Part shown: positions 40,325-49,019 of the stretch, in pieces
Numbering within the stretch: the stretch's first letter is position 1
How the letters are laid out: every line of letters begins with the position of its first letter
NCBI GenBank assembly: GCA_028875725.1
Contig: JAPPCR010000006.1
Coordinates: 272,134 to 336,133, forward strand
Length of the DNA: 64,000 nucleotides
Reading direction: 5' to 3'
Origin: Acidobacteriota bacterium
GTDB taxonomy: Bacteria; Acidobacteriota; Thermoanaerobaculia; Multivoradales; Multivoraceae
The notes under the pieces: generated by a model
Told to the model about the DNA's origin: nothing
Databases searched by the model: none
What the model saw: the letters and a program-made list of their open reading frames with translations, nothing else
Made by a program: the position numbers and the translations under genes

Positions 40325-41503
40325 ATGTCACTTCCCCTGGCGGACCTGCGGGTCCTCGACCTGACGATCGCCCGAGCCGGGCCGACCGCGGTGCGGCAGC
40401 TCGCGGACTGGGGCGCCGACGTCGTGCGGATCGAACGCCCGCCGGCGCCCGGCAAGGAGATTGGCATCTCCCGCCGGCTCGGCCACGACTACCAGAACCT
40501 CCACCGCAACAAGCGCTGCCTGACGCTGGACCTGAAGAAGAACGAGGGCCGCGAGGTGTTGCTGCGCCTGGCGCGCGACGCGGACGTGCTGATCGAGAAC
40601 TACCGCGCCGACGTGAAGCACCGGCTCGGTTTCGACTACGAGACCGTGCGGGCGATCAACCCGCGCATCGTCTACGCCAGCGTGTCGGGCTTCGGCCAGA
40701 CCGGACCGTACCGGGGACGCGGCGGCGTCGACCAGATCGCCCAGGGCCTGGGCGGGTTGATGTCGGTGACCGGTCTTCCCGGTCAGGGTCCGGTGCGGGT
40801 GGGCACGGCGATCTCCGACCTGGCGGCCGGGCTCTACCTCGCCTTCGGCATCATGACGGCCCTGCGCGAGCGCGACCGGTCGGGCGAGGGCCAGTGGGTG
40901 AGCACGTCCCTGCTCAAGGCGATGATCGGCATGCTCGACTTTCAGGCCGCGCGTTACCTGGTCGAGGGCGAAGTTCCCGGCCAGCAGGGCAACCACCACC
41001 CGACGATCTCGCCGATGGGGACGTTCCCGGCGGCCGACGGTTGGGTCAACATCGCGGCCACCAGCGGCAAGCACTTTCGGGCGATGTGCCAGGCGCTCGG
41101 AGGCGAGGAGCTTCTTGAGTGTTCGGAGTACCGGAATTCGGCCGGACGAGTCGCCAACCGGGACCGGCTCGAGGACGAAGTCGCGGAGCTGACGCGGCGC
41201 TTCAAGGTGGATGAGATCGTCGAGCTGCTCAACGAAGCCGGTCTTCCCTGCGGTCCGGTCTACGACGTGGGACAGACCTTCGCCGACCCGCAGGTCGAGC
41301 ACTGCCGGATCGCGGTGCCGCTCGAGCACCCTGAACTCGGAGATGTTCGTCTCGTCGGCCAACCGGTCCGGCTGCGCCGAACGCCCTTCGAGCTGCGGCG
41401 CCGTGCGCCCGGCCCTGGCGAGCACACCGACGAGATCCTCACCGAGGTTGGACTCAGCGCCGCGGAGATCGGCGAACTTCGGGCCGGAGGAGTGGTGGCG
41501 TGA
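40325..41503 (+). CDS. CoA transferase family III (CaiB/BaiF)
   Basis: The N-terminus LRVLDLT...AGP and the overall conservation are CaiB/BaiF-like. Confidence 0.9.
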   Translation: MSLPLADLRVLDLTIARAGPTAVRQLADWGADVVRIERPPAPGKEIGISRRLGHDYQNLHRNKRCLTLDLKKNEGREVLLRLARDADVLIENYRADVKHRLGFDYETVRAINPRIVYASVSGFGQTGPYRGRGGVDQIAQGLGGLMSVTGLPGQGPVRVGTAISDLAAGLYLAFGIMTALRERDRSGEGQWVSTSLLKAMIGMLDFQAARYLVEGEVPGQQGNHHPTISPMGTFPAADGWVNIAATSGKHFRAMCQALGGEELLECSEYRNSAGRVANRDRLEDEVAELTRRFKVDEIVELLNEAGLPCGPVYDVGQTFADPQVEHCRIAVPLEHPELGDVRLVGQPVRLRRTPFELRRRAPGPGEHTDEILTEVGLSAAEIGELRAGGVVA

Positions 41504-42321
41504 GCGCGACTGCGGAAGGGACGGTTGTCGACCTGCCGACGCCGAAGATTCTGGCCGAGATCCAGGACGGCGTCGGCTGGCTCACCTACAACAACCCGGA
41601 GCGGCGGAACGCGCTCTCGTTCGAGATGCAGGTCGCTCAGGCGGAAGTCTTGCACCGGTTCCAGGAGGACGACGCCGTGCGCGTCGTCGTACTGCGTGGA
41701 GCGGGCGACCGGGCCTTCGTCTCCGGTGCCGACATCTCGGAGTTCGAGAAACTGCGGACGACCGTCGAGGCGCGCGAGCGCTACGACCGGGCCGGCCGCG
41801 AGACCGGTATGGCCTTCGCCGCGCTGGAGAAGCCGCTGATCGCGATGATCCGCGGCTACTGCCTGGGCGGCGGCTTGGCCACGGCACTCAACGCCGATCT
41901 GCGCATCGCCTCCGAAGACTCCCTGTTCGGGATCCCGGCCGGCCGCCTTGGCGTGGGCTACGGCTTCGCCGGGATCAAGGTGCTGGTCGATCTCGTGGGG
42001 CCATCCCGCACCAGCGAGATCCTGCTGACGGCGCGGCGGTTCACGGCCGCCGAGGCGCACCACATGGGGCTCATCGACCGGGTCACGACCGTCGATGAGC
42101 TGGAGGGCGCCGTCCGCGACCTGGCGGGAAGAATGGCTGCGAACGCCCCGTTGACGCTCCGGGCCGCCAAGCGCGCGATCAAGGAAGCCACGAAGGACCC
42201 GGAACGCCGCGACCTGGACCGCGTGAAGCAACTCGTCGAGGCCTGCTTCCGCTCCGAGGACTACGTCGAGGGCCGGAAGGCGTTCCTCGAGAAGCGGCCG
42301 CCGCGGTTCCAGGGGCGGTGA
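41500..42321 (+). CDS. enoyl-CoA hydratase/isomerase (crotonase) family protein
   Basis: It shows crotonase fold motifs (GAGDRAFVSGADI...GGGL). Its start overlaps the CoA transferase stop. Confidence 0.9.
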   Translation: MSATAEGTVVDLPTPKILAEIQDGVGWLTYNNPERRNALSFEMQVAQAEVLHRFQEDDAVRVVVLRGAGDRAFVSGADISEFEKLRTTVEARERYDRAGRETGMAFAALEKPLIAMIRGYCLGGGLATALNADLRIASEDSLFGIPAGRLGVGYGFAGIKVLVDLVGPSRTSEILLTARRFTAAEAHHMGLIDRVTTVDELEGAVRDLAGRMAANAPLTLRAAKRAIKEATKDPERRDLDRVKQLVEACFRSEDYVEGRKAFLEKRPPRFQGR

Positions 42322-42361
42322 CGGCATCTCCCGTCCTGCCGCAGCGGGCACGACGACCGCA

Positions 42362-43147
42362 TTGAACGAACCGCTGCTTGAACTCGCCAACGTGACGGTC
42401 GTGCGCGGCGGCCGCCGGGCGCTCGACGGCGTGACGCTTTCGATCCCGCGCGGAGAGAACACGGCCGTCCTCGGTCCGAACGGCGCCGGCAAATCGACCC
42501 TGCTGCGGATGCTGAACGGCGAGTTCTTTCCGGTTCGGGGACCCGGCGTCCGGATGCGGTTGCTGGGCCGGGATCGATGGAACGTGTTCGATGTCCGCCG
42601 GCAACTCGGTGTCGTGTCGCACGACCTGCAGGTGACGCATCACGGCTGGCTCAAGGGCAGGGATGTGGTTTGCTCGGGCTTCTTCGCCAGCGTCGGCGTC
42701 TACCGGCACCAGGGCCTGACGGACGCGCAGCGGCGCCGGGCTATGGCGGCGGCGGCCAGCCAGGGCGCCGGCGACCTGCTGGAGCGCCGCTTCGACACAC
42801 TCTCCTCGGGTGAGCAGCGTCGCCTGCTGTTGGCTCGGGCCCTGGTTCACGAGCCGCACACCCTGCTGCTTGACGAGCCGGCGACCGGCCTGGATCTGCG
42901 AGCCGCGTTCGGGCTGATGGAGCGGCTGCGGGCCCTGGTGTCGGCTGGCACGACGCTGATCATCGTCACCCACCATGTCGATCTGATCCCGCCGGAAGTC
43001 GAGCGGATCGTGCTGCTGAAGGGCGGTGGAGTGTTCGCCGACGGACAGAAGGACCAGGTCCTGACGAGCGCGACGCTGTCCGACCTGTTCGACGTCGGCG
43101 TGCAGTTGGTGGAGCGGGACGGCCACTTCCAGGTGCTGCCCGGCTAG
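42362..43147 (+). CDS. ABC transporter ATP-binding protein (orphan, ModF/YlmA-like single NBD)
   Basis: It has Walker A (GPNGAGKST), an LSSGEQRR signature and Walker B. No adjacent permease gene is present. Confidence 0.85.
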   Translation: MNEPLLELANVTVVRGGRRALDGVTLSIPRGENTAVLGPNGAGKSTLLRMLNGEFFPVRGPGVRMRLLGRDRWNVFDVRRQLGVVSHDLQVTHHGWLKGRDVVCSGFFASVGVYRHQGLTDAQRRRAMAAAASQGAGDLLERRFDTLSSGEQRRLLLARALVHEPHTLLLDEPATGLDLRAAFGLMERLRALVSAGTTLIIVTHHVDLIPPEVERIVLLKGGGVFADGQKDQVLTSATLSDLFDVGVQLVERDGHFQVLPG

Positions 43148-43171
43148 CCAGCCGCGCTACGATGCCGGCGA

Positions 43172-44215
43172 ATGCTCCCACTGCGACTGTCCTTTCTCGC
43201 GGCGCCGGCGCTGCTAGCCGTCGCAGGCCCGCTCGCCGCCGCGGACAGCCCGGGCTGTTCGTCCGGCGGCGGCAACGTATCGGTCGAGCCCGGAACCAGC
43301 GTCGACCTGGAGCTTGCCCACGGCGGCCTGATCCGGAGCTACCGCCTCCACCTGCCGGCCCGCTACGACGGCGCTTCGCCGGCGCCGCTGTGGCTGCACG
43401 TCCACGGCTACACGGGCAGCGCGCGGCACAGCGACGGCTGGACGGGCCTGTCCGAGCTCTCCGACCGCGAGGGCTTCGTGCTCGTGTTCCCGCAGGGCAC
43501 GTCGTTCGAGGCCTCCATGGGTCCGCCGGGCCAGAGCCGGAACGCCACGATCACGTCCTGGAACGACCTCGCCTGCAGCGCGACGCTCCAGCCGGAGGCG
43601 CCGGCCTGCCGGGAGGACGCGGATCCGTATCCCTGCCCGCCGGAGTGCGGGACGTGCGGGCCGTGCAACTGGTGCTCGTGCCATGACGATGTCGGTTACG
43701 TCGCCGCCCTGATCGACGAGCTCTCGGCGGAGCTCTGTATCGACACGGACCGCGTCTTCGCCTCCGGCTACAGCAACGGCGGCATGTTCGCCCACCGGCT
43801 TGGCTGCGCCCTCGGCGACCGTCTGGCCGCGGTTGCTCCGATGCACGGTTACCTTGCGCGGGGCTTCAACTGCGTAGCTGAAGCACCCGGCCCCTCGATG
43901 CTGCTGGTCGGCGGCACGAGCGATCGCACCGTTCCCATCGACGGTTCGCACGCCAGCGACGGCTACATCTACACGTCGCAGGAAGGGGTAGCGGAGGAGT
44001 GGGCTCAGGCCCAGTCCTGCTCAGCCGAACCGGTCGCGGTCGAGACTCCCTGGGACGGCCGGCGGGAGTTGAGTTGCGTCGAGTATCCCGGTTGCGCCGG
44101 TGGCCGGGCCGTCCGCAGTTGCTCCTGGGACGGCGCCCACGTTTGGCCGCGCGACGAAGCCGGCAACTTTGGCGGTGAGTTGATGTGGCGCTTCTTCGGC
44201 GGGGCGACGCGCTAG
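43172..44215 (+). CDS. secreted esterase of the poly(3-hydroxybutyrate) depolymerase (LpqC-like) alpha/beta-hydrolase family
   Basis: It has a signal peptide, a GYSNGG nucleophile elbow and Cys-rich insertions typical of the family. Confidence 0.7.
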   Translation: MLPLRLSFLAAPALLAVAGPLAAADSPGCSSGGGNVSVEPGTSVDLELAHGGLIRSYRLHLPARYDGASPAPLWLHVHGYTGSARHSDGWTGLSELSDREGFVLVFPQGTSFEASMGPPGQSRNATITSWNDLACSATLQPEAPACREDADPYPCPPECGTCGPCNWCSCHDDVGYVAALIDELSAELCIDTDRVFASGYSNGGMFAHRLGCALGDRLAAVAPMHGYLARGFNCVAEAPGPSMLLVGGTSDRTVPIDGSHASDGYIYTSQEGVAEEWAQAQSCSAEPVAVETPWDGRRELSCVEYPGCAGGRAVRSCSWDGAHVWPRDEAGNFGGELMWRFFGGATR

Positions 44216-45285
44216 GCGGCGATCGCCTCGAGTCGCCCGGCCGGCACACCCAGCCGTTCGCCGGCGGCGACGATCTGGCGCCAGGACTCGGCATCGACCG
44301 GGATCGCTTCGGCGCGCTCGACGCGGCTGGCCCGCTCGGGGTCGCCCGGCACGAGTACGGGTTCGTCCGGGTCGGCGGCCGGTGACGCTTTGACGTGGGC
44401 GACCAGGGCGGCGAGCTCGTCTTCCATCGCCGAACGGGGGACCAGCCGCTCGGGGTCGAACACGATCATGAACATGTTGTTGCAGATCGTGCCCTCCACC
44501 CCGTGCTCGGGCTGGGAGGTGCGGCCGCCGCTCATCATGCCGCCCAGGAGTTCGCAGAACACGGCCAGGCCGTAGCCCTTGTGGTCGCCGAAGGAAGTGA
44601 GCGCGCCGACAGGCTGCTTGAACAGGACGCCCGGGTCGCGGGTCTTGCGGCCGCGGTGGTCGATCAGCGAGCCTTCGGGCGTTTGCTCGCCCTTGTTGTG
44701 GGCCACCCGCGCCTTGCCGTGGGCGATCCGGCTGGTCGCCATGTCGAGAAGGACCGGCGGCTGCGCGTTGCTGCCGGGCAGCGACAGGCAGATCGGATTG
44801 GTCGAGTAGCGGGCGTCTGTGCCCCGGTAGGGCGCGACCAGGGCCTGGTGGCCGACCACGTTGACGAAGTGGAGCGAAGCCAGGCCGGCGTTCGCCACCT
44901 GCTCGCCGTAGGTGCCGATCCGGCCCAGGTGGTGGCAGAAACGGACCGGCGCCAGGACGATGCCGGTGCCGCGACAACGGTGGATCGCCGCCGCCGTGGC
45001 CTCACGACCGACCACCTGGCCGTAGCCCATGCCGCCGTCGAACATCATGATGGCGCCGTCGTCGCGAACCAGTTCGACCTTCCGGTTCGGATTCAGGGTT
45101 CCGTTGCCGAGGCTCCGCTCATAGGCGGGAAGCATGCCGACGCCGTGGCTGTCGTGTCCCGAGAGGTTCGCCAGCACGAGGTGGTCGGCGACGATCCGGG
45201 CTTCCTCTGGCTCGCTGCCGCCGGCTTCGAGGATCATCGTGGCTGCCTCGCGCAGCGCCCGTGGATGGATGTCGATCGAATCCAA
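44212..45285 (-). CDS. Ldh_2 family (malate/L-lactate/sulfolactate dehydrogenase type 2) oxidoreductase
   Basis: Its conservation is Ldh_2-like (SHG, GxGxG region). The start is assigned to a TTG 6 nt downstream of an AGGAGG RBS. Confidence 0.85.
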   Translation of the reverse strand: MDSIDIHPRALREAATMILEAGGSEPEEARIVADHLVLANLSGHDSHGVGMLPAYERSLGNGTLNPNRKVELVRDDGAIMMFDGGMGYGQVVGREATAAAIHRCRGTGIVLAPVRFCHHLGRIGTYGEQVANAGLASLHFVNVVGHQALVAPYRGTDARYSTNPICLSLPGSNAQPPVLLDMATSRIAHGKARVAHNKGEQTPEGSLIDHRGRKTRDPGVLFKQPVGALTSFGDHKGYGLAVFCELLGGMMSGGRTSQPEHGVEGTICNNMFMIVFDPERLVPRSAMEDELAALVAHVKASPAADPDEPVLVPGDPERASRVERAEAIPVDAESWRQIVAAGERLGVPAGRLEAIAA

Positions 45286-45641
45286 GGGTTGCCTCCTTCT
45301 GTCTTGCCCCAAGGCTCGGAGCGGCGATCCTATGCGGCCACATCGGCGCCGTCGGCAGCGGCGTTTGCATCGGGAAGCCTGCTGACGCGCGTGCGAGGGG
45401 GCCTATAGGGAGAAGTAGCCAGTAGTCGTCACGGCGGCTCCGTCGCGTCGGTGGTGTAGGGTGGCGACAGTGAGACCGAGAGCGCGCCTGCCTGCCGGGC
45501 CGCTCGCAGAATAGCCGCCATCAAGGCGACGGGTAGCTCCCGGGCCGGGCGGTGAACACGCGGGAGTCGCATACAGCGCGCTGTCGGTCTCACGGACGGC
45601 CCGGCACCAATCCAGGCGTCGGCGCCTCACCGGAACCGTGA

Positions 45642-46490
45642 GTGGCGACCGCCAGTTCTCCCGCAGGCTACGAGCATCCCGCGCGTCAGACCAAGTTGGC
45701 TTTGGTCGAGACCGCCCATCGGATCACCGAGTTTCGGTCGTTCGCGGACCTCGGGGGGTGCTGGGGAGTCAATGGCGCGTACTCGTTCCACGCGGCCGAA
45801 CTCTGCGGCCCGAGCCTCGAACGGGCCTTCATCCTCGACGGGAGCATCACGCCGCAAACCCGCGACCGAGCGGGCCAACACCCGAGGGTCCAACTCGTCG
45901 AGACGCTGCTCGGCTCCCGCGAGGCCCACGAGGCGGTAGGCCACGTGGGCGCGGTCATCATGTTCGACATCCTGCTCCACCAGGTCGATCCCGACTGGAA
46001 CGACTTCCTGCTCGCGTGGTCGCGCCAGACCGACACACTCGTGATCCACAACCAGAACTGGCTCAAGACGCCTCGGACGATCCGCTTCGTCGAGCGCGGT
46101 CTGGAGTGGTATCGCCGCAACGTCGTGGTGTGGGAGGACGAGTACGCGCCTTCGGTGGAGCGCTGGTTCGCACGCCACCACGAACGTGACTCGCGGGGTC
46201 GGCTGGAGCGTGACAGCTACGACTTCTGGCAGTGGGGCATCCGGCCGCTCGAACTCATCAACCTGCTGGCCCGTCACGGCTTCGAGTTAGTCCACATGGA
46301 CAGAGACGCGCTGCCGTTCGGCCCGCACTACCCCTGGATCGTCAACGACGGCATGGTGTTCCGGCGTGCTGCGTTCCCCGAGGCATCGCGACGGTCCCGC
46401 ATTCGTGCGACCGCGCGAGCGCTGTTGTCCAGACGCGCCGTGACCTCTCGCCCTACCGAGACCATGCGCTTGACTGAAGTAAGGACTTGA
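45642..46490 (+). CDS. hypothetical protein, possibly a class I SAM-dependent methyltransferase-like fold
   Basis: It is a long ORF with a GTG start and a DLGGCWGVNGAYSF motif resembling methyltransferase motif I. The start is uncertain. Confidence 0.55.
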   Translation: MATASSPAGYEHPARQTKLALVETAHRITEFRSFADLGGCWGVNGAYSFHAAELCGPSLERAFILDGSITPQTRDRAGQHPRVQLVETLLGSREAHEAVGHVGAVIMFDILLHQVDPDWNDFLLAWSRQTDTLVIHNQNWLKTPRTIRFVERGLEWYRRNVVVWEDEYAPSVERWFARHHERDSRGRLERDSYDFWQWGIRPLELINLLARHGFELVHMDRDALPFGPHYPWIVNDGMVFRRAAFPEASRRSRIRATARALLSRRAVTSRPTETMRLTEVRT

Positions 46491-46863
46491 AGCACTTCTT
46501 CGTTCCTGATGGCGGGATGTTGCGACCGCACAGCGGCGGTCGGCGCTACTGGTGCCCGTGACGGTGGGGCGAGTGCGTCACCGAGAGCCTCTCGGCTGGT
46601 TCGGCACTATGACCGCCGTGGTGTTCGGCAACCTGGTCGCGTGGGCGATCGTGACCGCTGTGGTGTTGATCCTCTGGATCGGCGCCTGTGGGCTGGCACT
46701 GTCCGAGGCCGGGCGGATCCTCGAAGGAGTAGAGAGCTTGCCGTAGCTAGCGCACCGCGTTGACGGGCACGGAATCCGTCTATGCCGGTACAGGTTGGAA
46801 GAGCCGTAGGGGTTCTTCCGCTAGAGTCGCGGAGACACTCAGTCCAGCAAAGGGAGACCCGCA

Positions 46864-46920
46864 ATGCGCCCCACCGAACACACCGACAAGAAACCAGAGG
46901 CTGCGGAACCAGCCGCGTGA
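46864..46920 (+). CDS. 18-codon upstream ORF (leader-peptide-like) coupled to the downstream gene
   Basis: An AAGGGAG RBS lies 7 nt upstream of the ATG. Its TGA stop overlaps the GTG start of the next ORF (GTGA). Confidence 0.25.
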   Translation: MRPTEHTDKKPEAAEPAA

Positions 46921-47636
46921 CCGTCACAGTGTGGGCCGTGATTGCTGCGGCCGGAGCGAGCGGGGGTTCCGCCGGTTGGACGACAGCGGTGCGCGAGTGG
47001 GGACCGGTGATCGCAGCGGCAACGATCGCTGTTGTGGCGGTTCTGACGTTTCGCAGATTGAAGAAGACCGACACCGAGGAGGCGCTAGCCGCTGCCAAGA
47101 AGGAAGGCGAGTGGAAGGGCCGCATGGACGCGTTCAAGAAGAACACGACCAAGAGGCTCAAGGGGATCGACAAGAAGGTCGGTGGCATCGACAAGAAGGT
47201 CGGGGTCGTCGAAGCAACGGTTCTCCAGATCGAAGCTTGGTTTCAGCGCGCAGGAATCTCCAAGGTGAATAGCCCGCTGACACTGAACGAACTAGCCGAG
47301 AGAGCGTGGCGTGAGTTGGACGCCGAGAACTGGCTCGAGCAACACGCGGTAGAAGTGTCGGAGAAGGTCACGGACATGGGCGAGTACGATGTACAGGAAT
47401 TCTGCTTCGCCCACATGGCGACTCTGGAGTTGGAGCCTGAGCGCCAACGGCGTCTACGGAATGTCGCCTACCACAACGGCCTGACCGAGTTTCAGGTTCG
47501 CCAGATCATGGCGATCAAGCTCCGCGATCAGCTCCTAGATCTTGCGGGCTTAGACCGCCCCACTGACGAGAGAGAGCTGCCAGCGCCCCTACCAGGCCCT
47601 TGGGATCAACCTCAACAGCGACGGGGCGACCAATGA
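46917..47636 (+). CDS. hypothetical membrane-anchored protein with KK(V)GGIDKKVG repeats and a C-terminal globular domain
   Basis: A hydrophobic N-terminal helix follows a GTG start. Its stop overlaps the start of the next gene. It lies in lower-GC DNA. Confidence 0.5.
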   Translation: MTVTVWAVIAAAGASGGSAGWTTAVREWGPVIAAATIAVVAVLTFRRLKKTDTEEALAAAKKEGEWKGRMDAFKKNTTKRLKGIDKKVGGIDKKVGVVEATVLQIEAWFQRAGISKVNSPLTLNELAERAWRELDAENWLEQHAVEVSEKVTDMGEYDVQEFCFAHMATLELEPERQRRLRNVAYHNGLTEFQVRQIMAIKLRDQLLDLAGLDRPTDERELPAPLPGPWDQPQQRRGDQ

Positions 47637-47977
47637 GAGTTCACTGGAACAAGTGTGGAGACGGGGTTTGGTGCGACCTGCTCAACCTCAATCTGAACCA
47701 CCCTCACTTCAACGACCTCAAAGGTGTCTACGTGATCTGGCGAGCCTCAGACGGCCGCGTCGTCCGCGTGGGCGCTGGCGAAGTCGCTGCCCGCTTGATG
47801 GTGCACCGAAGAGCAACTTGGGCGAAGGCGCACGGCGGACTGCTGGCAACATGGACGAGGATTGAAGACAGCCAACAAGCGGGAGTTGAGCGCTTCCTTG
47901 CCGACCAACTCAACCCACTTGAAGGGAGGGCGTACCCCGACGCCGTCCCGATTCCCGTCAATCTGCCTGGACAGTGA
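47633..47977 (+). CDS. small protein with GIY-YIG-like nuclease motif (114 aa)
   Basis: GVYVIW-x8-VVRVGAGEVAARLMVH matches the GIY-(x9-11)-YIG spacing, with the conserved Arg/His downstream. It has an ATGA overlap with the upstream gene. Confidence 0.4.
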   Translation: MRVHWNKCGDGVWCDLLNLNLNHPHFNDLKGVYVIWRASDGRVVRVGAGEVAARLMVHRRATWAKAHGGLLATWTRIEDSQQAGVERFLADQLNPLEGRAYPDAVPIPVNLPGQ

Positions 47978-48125
47978 GACTCGTAGCGTCTTGATCGCCG
48001 GCACGGCACGGCACGACGGCGACCGCCCCTAGCGGATCAGCGATACGGCGAACAGGATCATCGCGGCTCCGACCACGACCGTTCAGCGGTCTGTCATCGG
48101 ACGCCCAGTAAGGTAGGCCGTCTGC

Positions 48126-48154
48126 TTGACCTATCCGCAACACAGGCTGATAAT
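48126..48154 (+). promoter_or_regulatory. near-consensus sigma70 promoter (TTGACC -17 nt- GATAAT)
   Basis: The -35 hexamer is 5/6 to consensus and the -10 hexamer is 5/6. The spacing is 17 bp. It lies about 55 bp upstream of an RBS-supported small ORF. Confidence 0.45.
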
Positions 48155-48210
48155 GAGCGGGCCTGTCAACAACCGCAGGCACCGATGGGACGACCGAAGG
48201 AGACCAGCCG

Positions 48211-48405
48211 ATGAGCCGTCGTGAGGCGGCACCGCGGAACACGTCCGCCAACGCCGCGCGGCCGACCGAGCGCTCGCGGACCGTCAAGAAGGCCGAGCGA
48301 GAGGCCGAGTTTCCCGCCCGAATCGAGGAGGCGACGCCAGAGCAGATCGCGAAGGCGATGTTCGCTGCTACGGATCTCCGTCGCCAGAAAGCGTCTGACG
48401 GCTAG
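48211..48405 (+). CDS. small hypothetical protein (64 aa)
   Basis: An AAGGAG RBS lies 8 nt upstream of the ATG. It is the first ORF downstream of the predicted promoter. Confidence 0.4.
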   Translation: MSRREAAPRNTSANAARPTERSRTVKKAEREAEFPARIEEATPEQIAKAMFAATDLRRQKASDG

Positions 48406-48476
48406 AACTGCGATACGATGCTCGGTTTCCTCGGTCCCACCGAGGCGCTTCCAGTGACTCACTTCTGGAGGTCCAA

Positions 48477-48821
48477 ATGACGACCAACATTATCCATCTT
48501 GATGCCAATCTGGCGTGGCGAGTAGCTCGCTTGGACGAGCGGCACGAGTTCCGCTGGCTCGGCATCTGCGACGAACTGAAGCTGACAGTCGAGTCCTCGA
48601 CCTATCAGGAACTCCTGGAGGACATCGGGGACGCGCTTGACGCGGTGTTTCTGGACCTCTGCCTAGAAGGCCGCTTGAACGACTTCCTGACCCAGCAAGG
48701 ATGGAAGATCGTCGATGGTGGCCAGCACTGGCTGGAGACCGACCCGAACGAACTCTCGTTCGACCTCCCCTTCACCCCTCAGCAGATGTCAAGCCGTGAT
48801 CTCGAGGCGAGTATTCACTAA
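48477..48821 (+). CDS. HicB-like antitoxin domain protein (candidate)
   Basis: A GGAGG RBS lies 7 nt upstream. The block FRWLGICDELKLTVESSTYQELLEDIGDAL resembles the HicB N-terminal domain. It lies immediately 5' of, and overlaps, the HicA-like ORF. Confidence 0.45.
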   Translation: MTTNIIHLDANLAWRVARLDERHEFRWLGICDELKLTVESSTYQELLEDIGDALDAVFLDLCLEGRLNDFLTQQGWKIVDGGQHWLETDPNELSFDLPFTPQQMSSRDLEASIH

Positions 48822-49017
48822 CAAGGTTCGGTCTCTCGGTTACAAGCGGCGTCCCGAGAAGAAGCGGTCCTACCCGTACCGCCACCCTGAAACGCTGCAC
48901 ATCATCCCGATCCCGAAGAGGCAGCAGATCACCGAACCGTTCGTCCGTTCGGCGCTCCGACAAGCTGGACTTGAACCGGAGGAGATCGAGAAGTTCATCG
49001 GTGAAGCGACTGCCTGA
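48796..49017 (+). CDS. HicA-like toxin (mRNA interferase family) candidate
   Basis: YRHPE...ITEPFVRSALRQAGL parallels E. coli HicA RHP...IKEPLRKAILKQLGL. It has a GTG start inside the upstream ORF, and the GSxH motif is degenerate. Confidence 0.5.
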   Translation: MISRRVFTNKVRSLGYKRRPEKKRSYPYRHPETLHIIPIPKRQQITEPFVRSALRQAGLEPEEIEKFIGEATA

Positions 49018-49019
49018 CC

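Noticed and set aside
46552-46746. 64-aa plus-strand ORF with hydrophobic segment in the island's left intergenic region
   Set aside because: It has no RBS at either candidate start. The hydrophobic stretch could be chance in GC-rich DNA. It was left uncalled.
48036-48060. Short CGGCA tandem repeats (cggcacggcacggcacg)
   Set aside because: It has only three units, and such short direct repeats are common in high-GC DNA. It does not resemble a CRISPR array or a minisatellite.
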